In this document: positions 13,851 to 25,500 of the stretch, one piece after another
Layout of the letters: each line of letters opens with the position of its first letter
Position numbering within the stretch: position 1 is the first letter of the stretch
Source of the DNA: Takakia lepidozioides
Lineage: Eukaryota > Plantae > Bryophyta
Direction: 5' to 3'
DNA: 64,000 nt
Assembly (NCBI GenBank): GCA_030704615.1
Contig: CM060732.1
Location: 46,872,001-46,936,000, forward strand
Notes under the pieces: generated by a model
Database searches by the model: none
The model's input: only the letters and a program-made list of their open reading frames with translations
What the model was told of the DNA's origin: nothing
Made by a program: the position numbers and the translations under genes

Positions 13851-14139
13851 TACCCCTGTACCTCTGTTTACTAACTTTGAAAGTTTCGAGGTTGAACCTC
13901 ACCCTGAGTTAAAATTACAGTAGTGTCAAGGTTGCCCTTCACTCATCCATGTTACAAACCGGAAATGAGTTCAGGGTTTTATGCCTAACTGTTGTTTGGA
14001 CATTATGCATTCTTCCAACATGGCCTTGGACACATCAGCTTTCCAAGTTAACTTTCAAGTCAACTTCATTTTAGTAGGGTCAGTTCCTCTTGCCTAATAT
14101 TCAGGCACTTGAAATCTCCTCTTCCCGTTCTGCCAGGAC

Positions 14140-15280
14140 TTCACCTTTTGGACTGGATGTTGGCAGATCCACTACTTTCGTCTCCAGACACAAAACTAAT
14201 GGCCAGCTTCTCACTGTGGTGGCAAACAGAAAATTCCTTTTCTGTTTTTCTACAGCGACCTGGCTCCTTTCTAACTCCTCTAACCTTCATCATTCTTCTC
14301 ACCTTTGCAGTATTATCCCAATTACCAGCTGCAGCATAGATGGTTGATAGCAACAGCATCCAAAATCCAAGAGTATCACATTCCTGTTGGCTGAGGTAGA
14401 GGCATACACCTGAATGCCAAGCACCTGTTGCTTGCGCCCTAAGTCCAGCAGCAGATCTCGCAACTTCTACTCTGACATACGTTTCTGAATTTGCCCTCGT
14501 CTATGTTACCTGGTTCGGGATACTTTCTTATGTCAAATTGGCAGTATCAATCCCACACGCATGTTGTGCATATCCTGCAATCATAGCACTCCATGATACC
14601 ACATTTCGTTCAGCCATCCTGACGAACACTCCCTTTGCATCTTCAGTACTTCCGCCTTTGGCATACATGTCAATGAGGGCATTGTTTAGAATGACATCTG
14701 GTACAATTCCAGCTTTGACGATATCACCATGGACCTCTTTGCCATTTTCCAGGCTTGCACACACATTGAAAATGGAAACGAATGTGACCTGGTCTGGGTT
14801 CAACCCTTCCTGAATCATTTGCTCATAGGTCTCCAAAGCCTTCATCCCACACCCACGCTGAGCATATCCAGTGACCATTGCGTTCCACGAGATCACATCT
14901 CGTTCAGCCATCATTATATTCCACGTGATCACACCTTGTTCAGGCATTTTGTTGAACACTCAGTGTGCATCCACAATGCTCCCACACTTCACATACATGT
15001 TAACAAGGGTGTTGCATAGAAAAACGTTGGGCTTGAATCCACTTTGGATAATGTGAGCATGCACCTGTTTTCCGGCTTCTAGGCCTTTCATCTTGATGCA
15101 CTTATGCAAGAGACAGACATAAGTATCTGAATCTGCTGAATCTGCTGAAACCCTTCAAAATCTGTAGAGCCTCTTTCAGTTGCCCTGCCTCACATAGCAT
15201 CCTCACGTGCCCAGAAGTGCCAGAAGCGGTATTGTGGACTCCCTCTCTTGGTCCTCCCTTGGAAGCTGTGGCCATGGTGG
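14140..15280 (-). pseudogene. PLS-E/DYW PPR pseudogene with internal deletions
   Basis: N-terminal LCEAGQLKEAL, PPR motifs (14528-14959), E domain LLSTIYAAAGNW...VRKEPG, and a DYW remnant HSEKLAISF. Confidence 0.85.
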
Positions 15281-15698
15281 AGCACCTGATTTCAAATATG
15301 CCGCTGCCGCTGTTTCCAGTTGACCATCTACCCATGCAGGTTTCCTGTAGCTATCAATCCACAGGGAAACATGGGCACTATTGTGCTTGATATCCATCCC
15401 TCTTGGATGAATCTGGACCCACACTCTATCCCTGCTCTCCTTCAGCTATCCCTTACTCAACACCATTAATGCATAGACCTTGGCCTTGCTGCTAGAAGCT
15501 GACAATGACAGCTGAATTTTTTCTAGCAAACACCCAAACCCTACTGATCACACACTAGCTCCTACTCTGAATTGGTCCCAAGACTTTAAAAATGTGCTGG
15601 GGAGAGATTGTACTCATAAGACGTTGTTTGCCGTAGCCTTGTGGCCATTGACCCCGTGCCCAATTTGAGCGGGAACAAAAGGGACAGAACCTACCTCT

Positions 15699-16048
15699 TG
15701 TCAAGTTAAATAAGCACAGTGTGAAAACAGCTAGAATAAAACTAGTTATTTGTATTTAACACTTGGATTTAGGTCGTGTTAAATCAGGTGTCAAGTTTAG
15801 TTTGACACCTGGTCCGTCTTATCTTCACGAGAGCGGCAGTCGCGCAGCTCATCTCTCTCGAGTTGAGCCTGTGCGACCGAGCTCCTGCGTGCGTTCAGAT
15901 CTGAGTGTACTCATGATGGGAGTGTAGGTTGTTGGTGGGTGGAGTCCCCATAGCTTGGGGTGCCCCTGGCTCGACTACTATTTCAAAGAGTGATGATGGT
16001 TTTTGTTTTCAGGTTTTGTGTCAACAGTGTTTTCTAGTTTTCTTATCA
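15699..16048 (+). repeat. 5' LTR segment B (350 bp), repeated at 27494-27845
   Basis: Near-identical to 27494-27845, with only a few substitutions and a 2-bp indel by eye. Confidence 0.95.
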
Positions 16049-16062
16049 CTCGAGAGAGATGA
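16048..16062 (+). promoter_or_regulatory. Self-priming primer-binding site, complementary to LTR 15849-15863
   Basis: ACTCGAGAGAGATGA is the exact reverse complement of TCATCTCTCTCGAGT. No TGG-initiated tRNA PBS is present after the LTR. Confidence 0.75.
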
Positions 16063-16809
16063 CCTGTATCTAGTTTTCTAGTGCTAAGCTAGATGTGACG
16101 TTTTTGTTTTTAAGCACTATTATAATATAGCTTGGTCGCGAGCGCCGGTAGTTAGACTGGCTATGTGTGCCTAGTGGAGCATAACAGAAAGGCAGGAACC
16201 ACTCGAAGTGTCGCTACAGCAGTTCTAACCTCATGGGAATGTAGCGGGTCCAAGCTTTTTACAACAAGCAAGTGGGCTGGACCTGCTGTTTGGGTCTAAG
16301 AAGACTGGGTCGGCGGATAGGCCTCTATGGTTCCCAGGTGCAAAGGCCCCGTCTTGGGCTGGATGGATCTTTGGTCGGTGACGGTTACGCTATGGTGAAG
16401 TGGCGGATATGTGTAGGAACGTCACATGCAAACGAGTGCTTTGAGCGATTTAATCAAAAGATGATGTCTGCGGACATGTGGCACAGGTGTTCTCATCAAC
16501 TGTGCAGATTGAGCATCTGACAGTTGTGTTTGGCAGGAGTTCTGATCTCAGGGGTGAGCATTTGAAGGCAGGTTTGGAAAGGTTATTGATCTGGAACTCA
16601 TTGAGCCAGTGAGTTCCACTTAAAGCCATTTTGCTGGAGGAGATTGCTGATTATTGATGTTCCTGGAGCTTCAGGTGCAGGCCCTGCAATCGCTGGCTAA
16701 CAAGATTGATTTACAAGCAGAATCTGACGGGCAATCTGCCGAGAGCCTCATCTGCTTCTCGGAGGGGTTTCCGTAAAGGCCCGGAGAATTTAATCCATAC
16801 AATGGCAAC

Positions 16810-17082
16810 CTAGGTGAGGTACCAAATCAACTCTGAAGCAGTGGCTATGGCGCCACCAGTGATTGCCGTGCGAATCATCTTGTCGTGATTAAAAGTGATC
16901 ACGCTTTGTCACCCTTTCGTTCTTCAACATTGAGAAGGCCTCTAGCAATGTTCCATGAGCAGCTTCCACCCCTCCAATCTTGATGAAGCCGTCCAAAGTG
17001 TAGTTCAGAAAGGATGGCCCAAGTCCACCAGCACATCTATAGAGGGAGAGTCAACTCTCGCTGATAGCCTCGAGTGCGGCAT
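16810..17082 (-). pseudogene. OEP16: Captured chloroplast outer envelope pore protein OEP16 fragment (start and end present, middle deleted)
   Basis: MPHSRLSARVDSPSIDVLVDLGHPF/LNYTLDGFIKIGG...NHDKMIRTAITGGAIATASELIWYLT* matches the OEP16 N- and C-termini. Confidence 0.8.
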
Positions 17083-17175
17083 TTCGCTCTGCTTTCCTCA
17101 CACCCAAGTTCTTTCCTGCATCGGCAACAAATCTCTGCTGTCGCTGACGGATGGAGAGAGACACGGAGAGACGGA

Positions 17176-17364
17176 GATCTCATTGATGGCAAGAATCTGC
17201 CCGTGTGACCTCTTCACCTTCTTCAACTTCCTGAGGAAGTACCAAAACTTGGACTTTGCCCGCACTTCGTTGGTCGCCCACAACGTCATGCGGTACGCCT
17301 TCGGCTGCTCATCGGTTGGGGTAGGCAGTGCTCGCTCCACCACCTGGTGAAACCAAAAACTCAT
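17176..17364 (-). pseudogene. RPL18A: Captured 60S ribosomal protein L18a (eL20) N-terminal fragment
   Basis: [11 protein letters not shown]...[40 protein letters not shown]. Confidence 0.93.
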
Positions 17365-17441
17365 GGCTCTTGCCTGCTCTCTCTCTCGGATCAGCAGAAG
17401 CTAGAAGGAGCGCGAGACGGCCAATGCAGGCGCTGCCGAGT

Positions 17442-17765
17442 CTAAAAGGTAGGCTCATAACCATTGGTTGCAATGGCCAGGATGGCGAAACCAATGGCAT
17501 GACCCAGAGCTCCCCAAGCAAGCACATCGATGAGGGTGAAACCAGCGGGGTCATTCGTCTTCAAAAAGCCAACGACCTCCTGTGCCCGGCTATCACCGGC
17601 CTCGAAGTGAGTAACGCCATTTGTACAGGGAGTCCTTGCCTTGCAACATTGTCTCTCTGGAAGGGGAGGAACACAAATCGTCCCAGAAACAGAAGAGCTC
17701 CGGTGCTCAAGGAGATCACAACCGCGGCTCACATGCGAAATTGACCTGCTCTTGAGATCGCCCAA
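17442..17765 (-). pseudogene. PSAG: Captured photosystem I subunit G (PsaG) fragment with one frameshift
   Basis: [49 protein letters not shown]...[19 protein letters not shown]...NGYEPTF*. Confidence 0.9.
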
Positions 17766-18040
17766 AGAAGTGTAGCGAAGGGATAGCTGGCAGTTTCAGG
17801 GCGCGCAGCACTGATGGCACTCAAAGTGTGCTCTTGCTAGCATTTGGAACGCTCTCTATGCCCACATCTACAACCAGCTTCAGCTCCCAGTCCACCCACA
17901 TTTCTGCACCCTCCTCGCCATTTTCAGCCATCTGAGGAGCCTTGTTGCGCCCAGTCCTAAAGGTAGTGTTGCCTCGTCCACCCTAACCTCCCGACAGCAG
18001 CAGCTCCTGCTTCCATGGAGTTCCAGCAGAACATCGCCAT
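17766..18040 (-). pseudogene. OBGC: Captured chloroplast Obg GTPase (ObgC) internal fragment
   Basis: [72 protein letters not shown], corresponding to the end of the Obg fold plus the G1 and G2 motifs. Confidence 0.85.
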
Positions 18041-18421
18041 TCCTTCCGTCTTCCAAACGCCGTGGCCTCTGTGTTGACATTGGCTTCACCTGCTTTAACC
18101 TTGAAAAAAAAAAAAAAAAAAAAACTATTATGAAGGTTTGAAGAAGGAGTCCAAGGAATTCTTAGGGAACCTGTAGTGAATCCCAACAGACGTGGGAACA
18201 GTATTTAATGGTGAGAACGTTTTGGTGTTAAAAAAAAAAAAAAACCTTTTGATCTAATTTAAAGGATTCAGAGCCTGGTTGGTCATATCTTTGTCACATG
18301 AGCTCCGTTTGACTCAGTTCTTGAGGGATAGCGCAGAAAGGGGAAATCTACCTATCTAGACCTGGTTTTTGTTTTTGGGACTCTGCTAAAATCTATGGAA
18401 TTTTTAGAGTGTGAGTGTGCT

Positions 18422-19253
18422 ATGAAAGATCCACAATCTTGTCTCTAGAACCTGTGCTGGTCTATATGAGAGACAAATTGGTGGATGTACTCCTTGCATG
18501 GCTGGGGGAAATGAGGACGTAATTGAAGGGCAGGTCTCTTCTCTTAGTCTGTGCACACAAGGGGACAGGATTTATGTTTCCCAAGGAACTCAGACTGATT
18601 TGAGTGGAGGAACAGTTGGACGAGTTGATTGCATACTGGGAGTCAGGCATTAGCAGTAGACAACAGACTGCTGTAGTTGGCATTGAGGGCCTCAATATCG
18701 CTTGGACAGTCAGAACTCTGTTGGAGCCAGCAGTTCTGCAGCTGTAGGTGAAATACCAAAGTGGGTGAAAGCTAGGCTTGGAACACAGCCAAAGACAGCC
18801 CCGGGGACCAAGGTGTTTAGCCACAAGGCCGTGGTGTACTGGAGCAGAGGAGCAGGAGCTACACAGGTTTGTGCAATCAGACATGGTTGCAGCGGAGGAT
18901 ACGCTCTACACAGGGCAACCACGAGCGGGGGTTCATCAGCAACGACATGTTTGTTGTGCGTGAAGGAGATGCAGTCAGTCATCGCAATGAGGACACCGCA
19001 ACCGTCTCAAAGCTTTCGAGTTGAGAGACTATCAGACCTACCTTTGTTTTTTTAGTGTTCAGTGAGCGGGATAGAGCTAGGGGAGTATTGCTTTGTCTCT
19101 ACCTGGCAGAAAGAGGAGGAGGGTGGTTTAGAGCGAGCTACTGTAGCTTGGGACAAGGTTAGTGGTAGGTTTCTGGACATAGATATACCTCCTACACCTT
19201 ACCATCACGCAGAGCGAGGCACTTTGAGAGAAGTCTGGAAGTTGATAGCATAG
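18422..19253 (+). pseudogene. Disrupted extra ORF upstream of gag, function unknown
   Basis: Protein-like segments across frames (DKLVDVLLAWLGE..., VGEIPKWVKARLG..., ELGEYCFVSTW...REVWKLIA*). No family recognised. Confidence 0.35.
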
Positions 19254-19799
19254 ATCAGGATTAGATCTTGCTTGGGCGGGCTTCTATTCTTCCCCTCCAT
19301 CTCTGTACTATTTTCATTACCTTGTACTCGTAGTTGCCAAGCCTCTCTTGGTGGAGGCCAGTCAGTCCGGGGTTTTGGGCTGGGATATTCTGCAGGATCA
19401 GCATTGCAGCTGGATTTTGGTGTGGGGGTGTGTTTGATGTTTTGATTTCTGTGTTTGGATCCCCCCCAACACCTGCATGCTTGACTGTGTGCCATGTTGG
19501 TTTTGTGTGGGCGCTTGCTTTCATAGGGATTAGGCCGGATTTGATCACCGGTCAATCCTAGAGTATGCTGTCGGTGGTGAGGCTGGTGGAGTGATGACCA
19601 GCAAGACCACCAGTGTTTCTTCTATGGTGCGGCTGGGTTGATGACCAGCCAACCATAGGAGTTCTTGCGGTGGATGCAGGTGCAGGTGCCCTGAGCCTTG
19701 GGATATGACCCTTAAACTGCCAACAGGTGCCCACCCGTGTCACTATTAGATAGTAATAGAGCTATTATAGTGTCAAGGGAGAAGGAGGTGCACATTGGA

Positions 19800-21330
19800 G
19801 TCTGGCATACGAGTTACCCAAGGGTTTTGAGGGGAGTACGGCTATAGGACAAGTAACAGTGAGAGTAGGTTAACAAGACGAGGTATTCGGTTCAGACCAC
19901 CTTCACCACCACCCTCAATTACTGTAGAGTCATACACAGACTCGGAGGCTTCATCAACAGGTGTGCACTTTCATTCGCCATTGTTGTGGGACGACATGGA
20001 GGAGATGTATGGAGCTACCAAGGGGCCTCGTAGGTACTCTGGAGCTGTGGGCACAATCGAGTTTGAATGACTTTATCCAGGAGTTCGACAGCTGGTGTGA
20101 TTTGCAGCAGATGCGCAATCCACAGCTATTCACCCCATTCATGGCGTGGAAGGGACTGTTCCAGCATTTGGAAGGCCCGCCTATGGACGATTACCACGAG
20201 TTCAGACGAGGACATGAAGCAGAGATTGAGGAGTGGAGGATTGTATTGGTCACTTGACTACGTCTCCATTACTCGAGGCACGACGCGACCAGTAGCTGCA
20301 TCAGTACCAATAGCTCCCACTGCCAGCACTAGTAGTGGAGCAAGTAGTGCTGGTACTTCTGTAGGTGGTACCAGTTCAAAAGGTGCTACTACTCTTCCTG
20401 CCACGACTACAACACATGTGCCTAGATTCAACCCGGTGGTGGAGTTCTTCCAGGAGTTGCGAGGAGGAACTACAAGGTGTACGGACAGAGAAGCTGCAAA
20501 GTTTGCAAGACTTCCAGCGCAAACCCAGTGAGAGCCTGCGAGAGGCGTACACTCGTATGAGGCGCTTGATAAGTGTGACCCAAGGGTTACTGAAGCTCAG
20601 GCAATCCAGTTTTGGTATGGAATTCTGGATAAGGAGCTCAAGAGAAGGGTGCGAGATGCAACCCTGTTACAAGCAGCCCAACCCACATTAGCAGATGTGT
20701 TTCTGCTGGCTGAGCGGATTGAGCTCAACATGGTGGAGGAGCGAGTTGTTACCATTGGATTTGGCAAGGACATGCCTACACGAGGTGTAGCTGCCAGCCC
20801 ACAGGCACAAGGAACCGCTCAACAGCGTGGTCAGGGGGGCAAGGTGCCCAGCCCAAGTTCTATGGAGCTTACAGGGGACCTCAGGTGCAGAGGTCCGTGG
20901 CATCTTTTGCAGGCCAACAGCAACCAGGGGTGATATGTTGGACATGTGGAGGACCCCATGTCAAGAGAGATTGCCCAGAGAGTGGCAAAAGGCCGGCACA
21001 AGCAGATAGCCTGCACAGTTGCAGTGTGGGCATTGTGGCAAGTATGGGCATGGAGATGCCCAGTGTTATGACTTGCACCCTGAGTTGCGCCCAGGCCAGT
21101 TCCAAGGGAACAATGGTGGCCGGGGGCGAGGTGGGACCAGCCCAGAGAGGACGAGGTGTGGTCGGGCACGAGGTGCAGGCCAAGGGCAAGCTCCACATGG
21201 CCAAGGACGCGGAGGTCAGGGTGTTGAACAAGGCATGGCCAACCGGCTTCAGCAGCTAGAGCAGAGGCTCGCTGCCATGGCTATAGCTCAGGCGTGGGCG
21301 GTAGCTGGCAGGCTAGGTACGCGGCCCTAG
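19800..21330 (+). pseudogene. gag (frameshifted) with two zinc knuckles
   Basis: NDFIQEFDSWC..., LQDFQRKPSESLREAYTRM (retrotransposon gag), CWTCGGPHVKRDC and CGHCGKYGHGDAQC. Confidence 0.85.
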
Positions 21331-21949
21331 GCGGGATGGTCCACCTCCTGCTCCTGAGGGAGGAGACATGGGAGGCATGGGATTCATGTGCGGAGCAGCA
21401 CTACCACTAGAGCAGGTGGAGTCTGCCGCAGCCGTGACTCGAGGAGCAGCACGAGTTCCTGAGCCACGAGGTGCAGAGGTGGAGTTGGATCCACAACGTG
21501 GGGAGGCAAGCCGTCAAGCGAGGCTGCCTCAGTCATTCACCTTGGCGGAGACAGTGTCAACGCCATCCATGGCACCTAGTTCTCGCCCGACTGTTACCGA
21601 GGCGGAGGTTTCTATGCCATTGGGGAGAGCTACACGTGCCAGCATTGACTCCTGCTGCCAAGGCTAGTGCGGCCGGTGTGTTATTGGGGCAGCCACCTCT
21701 GTGTGTCAGGCCCCACTGTTCTCGGCAACAATGATTGCGACGCCGGGGGTAAGGCCAGCTGCAGTGTTCAGACTGGCAGCAACACTCTGTGAGAGTGGGG
21801 AGGTCATTTCATCTTCTGCGGAGTTAGTGGAAGGTGTAGTGGCAGATGGATCCTCGGATTTGAGGGTCAAGATTGCCACGGCTGCGCCCTGGCAAGCTGC
21901 AGCTGCCAGGTTGACGGAGCTGCCAGCTAGGCCAGCCTTTGAGCGCGCC

Positions 21950-22410
21950 ATGGTGACACCTGGAGTTGTTTTGTTAGACAACCAGGGAGGCATTTTCACT
22001 TTGAGTGGACCGGCAGGCAAGAAGTACCGGCCACTGTGGGTCTTGTTGGACTCGGGAGCTCAGCCACTGATGTTGGGCAGAGCTGCTATTGCAGGTTGGC
22101 CTCATGGAGGCGGATATGGAGCCTTGCCCTTTCCAGATACAGACATCTCTGGGAGGATCAGAGCAGGCTCGGGGCATGACACGGCATCAGTTGGCCATTA
22201 GACTGCAGCCGGATCATCCTATCGATGGGCTCAGTAATGCGAGCCAAGGCCATTGTGACAGATCAATCTCTTACGATGTCCTCGTTGGTGGGGCAGTGTT
22301 ATATCCCATGGGCTTCACCCTGGACTTTGGGGGAGAGTCAGCATCCTACAGGCCTAGATGGCAGTCAGGCGATGGTCGCCGTGCACAGCTCCCTGTGACA
22401 TTCATTGGGG
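21950..22410 (+). pseudogene. Aspartic protease domain
   Basis: WVLLDSGAQPL motif and downstream YDVLVG. Confidence 0.85.
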
Positions 22411-22749
22411 TATAGCGGCTGCCAGCGGGGGCAAGATGCCAACACTAGCCGCCTTTACAACTGCAGTTAGTTGGCCTGGGAGAGTTGCTGGAAGGCAATG
22501 CCCATGCAGAGGATGTGCCACCTCCAGCAGAGCAGGATGACATGCATGGTATGGCGGAGTTGCCTGCCATGGTTGCTCACACTCCATTGTGGGGTACGAG
22601 CAAGGATTTGTTAGCAGGTTGCTGATCGACGGGTACAACAAGCCTGGGTAGAGGCTTTTGTTCCGTCAAGAGAGGAGGAGAGTGCGGGTATTGCACCAGG
22701 ACCACCTCTGTTGTTGCCATTGGACACCACACCTCTTGTGTGGCAGCGG

Positions 22750-23730
22750 CCGGATGAAGGCATATGCCTTCTGGACTTGTTTGGCGGGATCAGCACTGGA
22801 TTGGCTGCAGTGTTGCAGGCAGGTGTACGAGTTCGACGTTACCTGTATGTGGAGAGGGATGAGACTACACGACGCGTCTCACTGCGCCATGTTGCTCAGA
22901 TGGTGCAGCAGTACCCTGAGTTGTTGCCGGTGTCTGCAGTTCGTGGGATATCAGCAGGCCTTGCCAACAGACATTGCGTTGCTGGGGGGCGCAGGATTGG
23001 AGCGGGGTTGGCTCCATTGATCTGGTAGTGGCAGGTTGGCCCTACCAAGGGCATTCATCAGCCGGGCATGGCAATGGATTGCGAGACTCGAGGACGGGTC
23101 TGTTTTGGGAGATGGTGCGGATTTTTGCGGCCACTTGCAGCTTCATCAGGCTGCTGTATCTCCGGCATACATCTTGGAGAATGTGCCACTGATGGGTGAT
23201 TCTCGGGCCAGGTGATGGCCAGTGTGCATCAAGTCCGGTCGTGGCTTGGGTCAGCAGTGTTGCTGGATGCAGCTGCAGTGGGGTCACGGGCTCATCGTCC
23301 ACGGCTTTGGTGGACTAACTTGATGCCACCCGCACTGCTCAAGCGTGCATTTGATGGGGTTGCAGCGCCCAGCACACCTCACCGTGGATGGCATTTTGGA
23401 CACAGGGAGGCAGTCTCAACGGTGTGAGACATAATGACCGTTCGCCGTTGGCAGTGGTCAACAGGATGGGTCACCCACGAGCAGCATTACCTACATTGCT
23501 CAGCTTCCCAGGCTCCCATGCTTTTCGGGATGGTGGACCTGGCCTCCTGTGGGATGCTCAGTTGCGCAGCAGTTAGTGGAGCCTAATGCGACGAGCGAGA
23601 GCGGGCTATGGGGTTTTCCACTGGGACCACGGCGGTGGTTGCCCTCTTTCTGAGGCATCACGTCGTCAGGTGTTGGGGCAAGCAATGGATCTCAATTGCT
23701 TGACCTGGATTGTCAGCTTGGCTATGGCTG
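22750..23730 (+). pseudogene. C5 cytosine DNA methyltransferase domain (Dnmt3/DRM-like) within pol
   Basis: Motifs in canonical order: I LLDLFGGISTGL, II YLYVERD, IV IDLVVAGWP[Y]QGHS, VI YILENVP, VIII DAAAVGSRAHRPRLWWTNL, IX ERERAMGF, X SEASRRQVLGQAMDL. Confidence 0.9.
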
Positions 23731-24169
23731 AGCAACGTAGAGTGCGGAGTGCACTTCCCTTGACGGTCTCTCTGCCTACCGAGACGGTACAGGCAGCGAG
23801 TGGGGGCGAGCCGGTGAGGACCACGGGGTGTGTAGACATCCATGGCACACGTGGGAGGTGCTCGAGGTTCAGAGGGAGTGGCAGCAAGGCAGCTGTGATG
23901 GATGAGGTTGGGGATTCTTCTCGGGATGAGGAGGTTCTCAATGATGAGATGATGGGGCAGGATGAGGCCTTGTCATTGACTGAGCAGGAAGGGAGTACTG
24001 CTCAAGAGGTTGCAGCATAGCAACCACGGGACGCGTCCTCTACCTCTAAACCACTGGACTTAAGGTTGCAGTTACGGAGGACAATTGGGAGCCTGACATT
24101 GGACCCATTGTCACTGGAGGGAGAGAGACGACGTATACGGCGGTTCCTGAGGGCTTACAGGAATTGCTT

Positions 24170-25500
24170 TGCCTTCAGTTTGAAGGACTGGGAGCACTGA
24201 AGGGTCAAGAGATCCGTATTTGAGTTGGCCACTGACACGCCAATCTTTCGGAGACCCTATAGATATAGTGACATGGAGAGGTCTTTGATTCAGATGAGGA
24301 CTCAAGATCTCTGGGAGGCAGGTTTGGTGGAGCTCTCTGGTGGAGAGTATGCTTAGCCACAGTGATGCCAGCTAAGAAGGATGTCTATGGCAATTGGACG
24401 GAGAGACGTGTATGTGCGGTGATTACCGGCCTGTAAATCGTCAGACCAAGTCCGATAGGTATGCCATGCCAACACCAGAGGAGATCTTTGATGCCAATTG
24501 GGCATTCCAAGGTCTTTAGCACGTTGGATTTTACGATCCAGATATCACCAGTTGCCGATCAAGGAGGCGGATAAGCAAAAGACGGCATTCTGGGGGATCA
24601 ATGAGCACACGGAAGGATTGCCTATACCAGTGGCGGTTCTTACCATTTGGGCTTAAAAACGCTCCCGCTGAGTTTCAAAGAGTCATGGACAGGATTCTAG
24701 CAGGGGGAGTTTGCTCGGTGCTACATAGATGACATCATCATCTTTAGTGCTACGGTGGAGGAGCATGAGAGACACCTTCAGGGGGTATTTGAGCGCTTGA
24801 GGACGCACGGATTGAAGTTACATCCGGGCAAGTGCAAATTTTTCCACAACCAGATTGAGTATCTTGGTCACATGATATATCCTGGAGGATTGGGGTACAG
24901 CAGAACTAAGGTAGAGTCCATTGCACAGGTTCCACGCCCCACGGATGTGAGCCGAGTTCGAGCTTTCATGGGGTTAGCAAACTATTACAGACGGTTTGTT
25001 AAGGGATTTAGTGCCATGCAAAGGCTCTAACCAACTGACCAAGGTGGACCAGGAGTGGCAGTGGGAAGATGAGCAAGAACAAGCTTTTCAAGAGCTCAAG
25101 GCGAGGTGACCTCGGCGCCCATCTTGAGACGACCTATCAGGGGCGTCCTTTTCAGTTGCATACAGATTGGAGCATGCTGGGGCTTGGAGCGGTGCTCACA
25201 CAGGTGGATGATGAGGGAGAGAGTTCGTAGTGGCTTATGCTAGCCGCTCGAACAATGCTGCAGAGTCTAAGTATAGCTCATATGAGGGAGAATGCTTAGC
25301 TGCAGTGTGGGCCGTGGCACACTTCAGGTGCTATCTATACGGCATCTCTTCACCCTTGTCACGGATCACCAACCACTCAAGTGGTTGATGGAGTCAGACA
25401 AGCTTACGGGGAAGCTTGCACGGTGGGCACTCATCCTTCAAGAGTATGACTTTCAGGTGGGTGCATCGACCGGGGGTTCAATCGCAATGCAGATGGGTTG
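24170..25500 (+). pseudogene. Reverse transcriptase and RNase H (frameshifted)
   Basis: MCGDYRPVN, LPFGLKNAPAEFQRVM, CYIDDIIIFS (~24722), LHTDWS, YEGECLAAVWAV, LVTDHQPLKWL. Confidence 0.95.

Noticed and set aside
17098-17765. Functional RPL18a and PsaG genes
   Set aside because: They are truncated or frameshifted and embedded in a retrotransposon leader.
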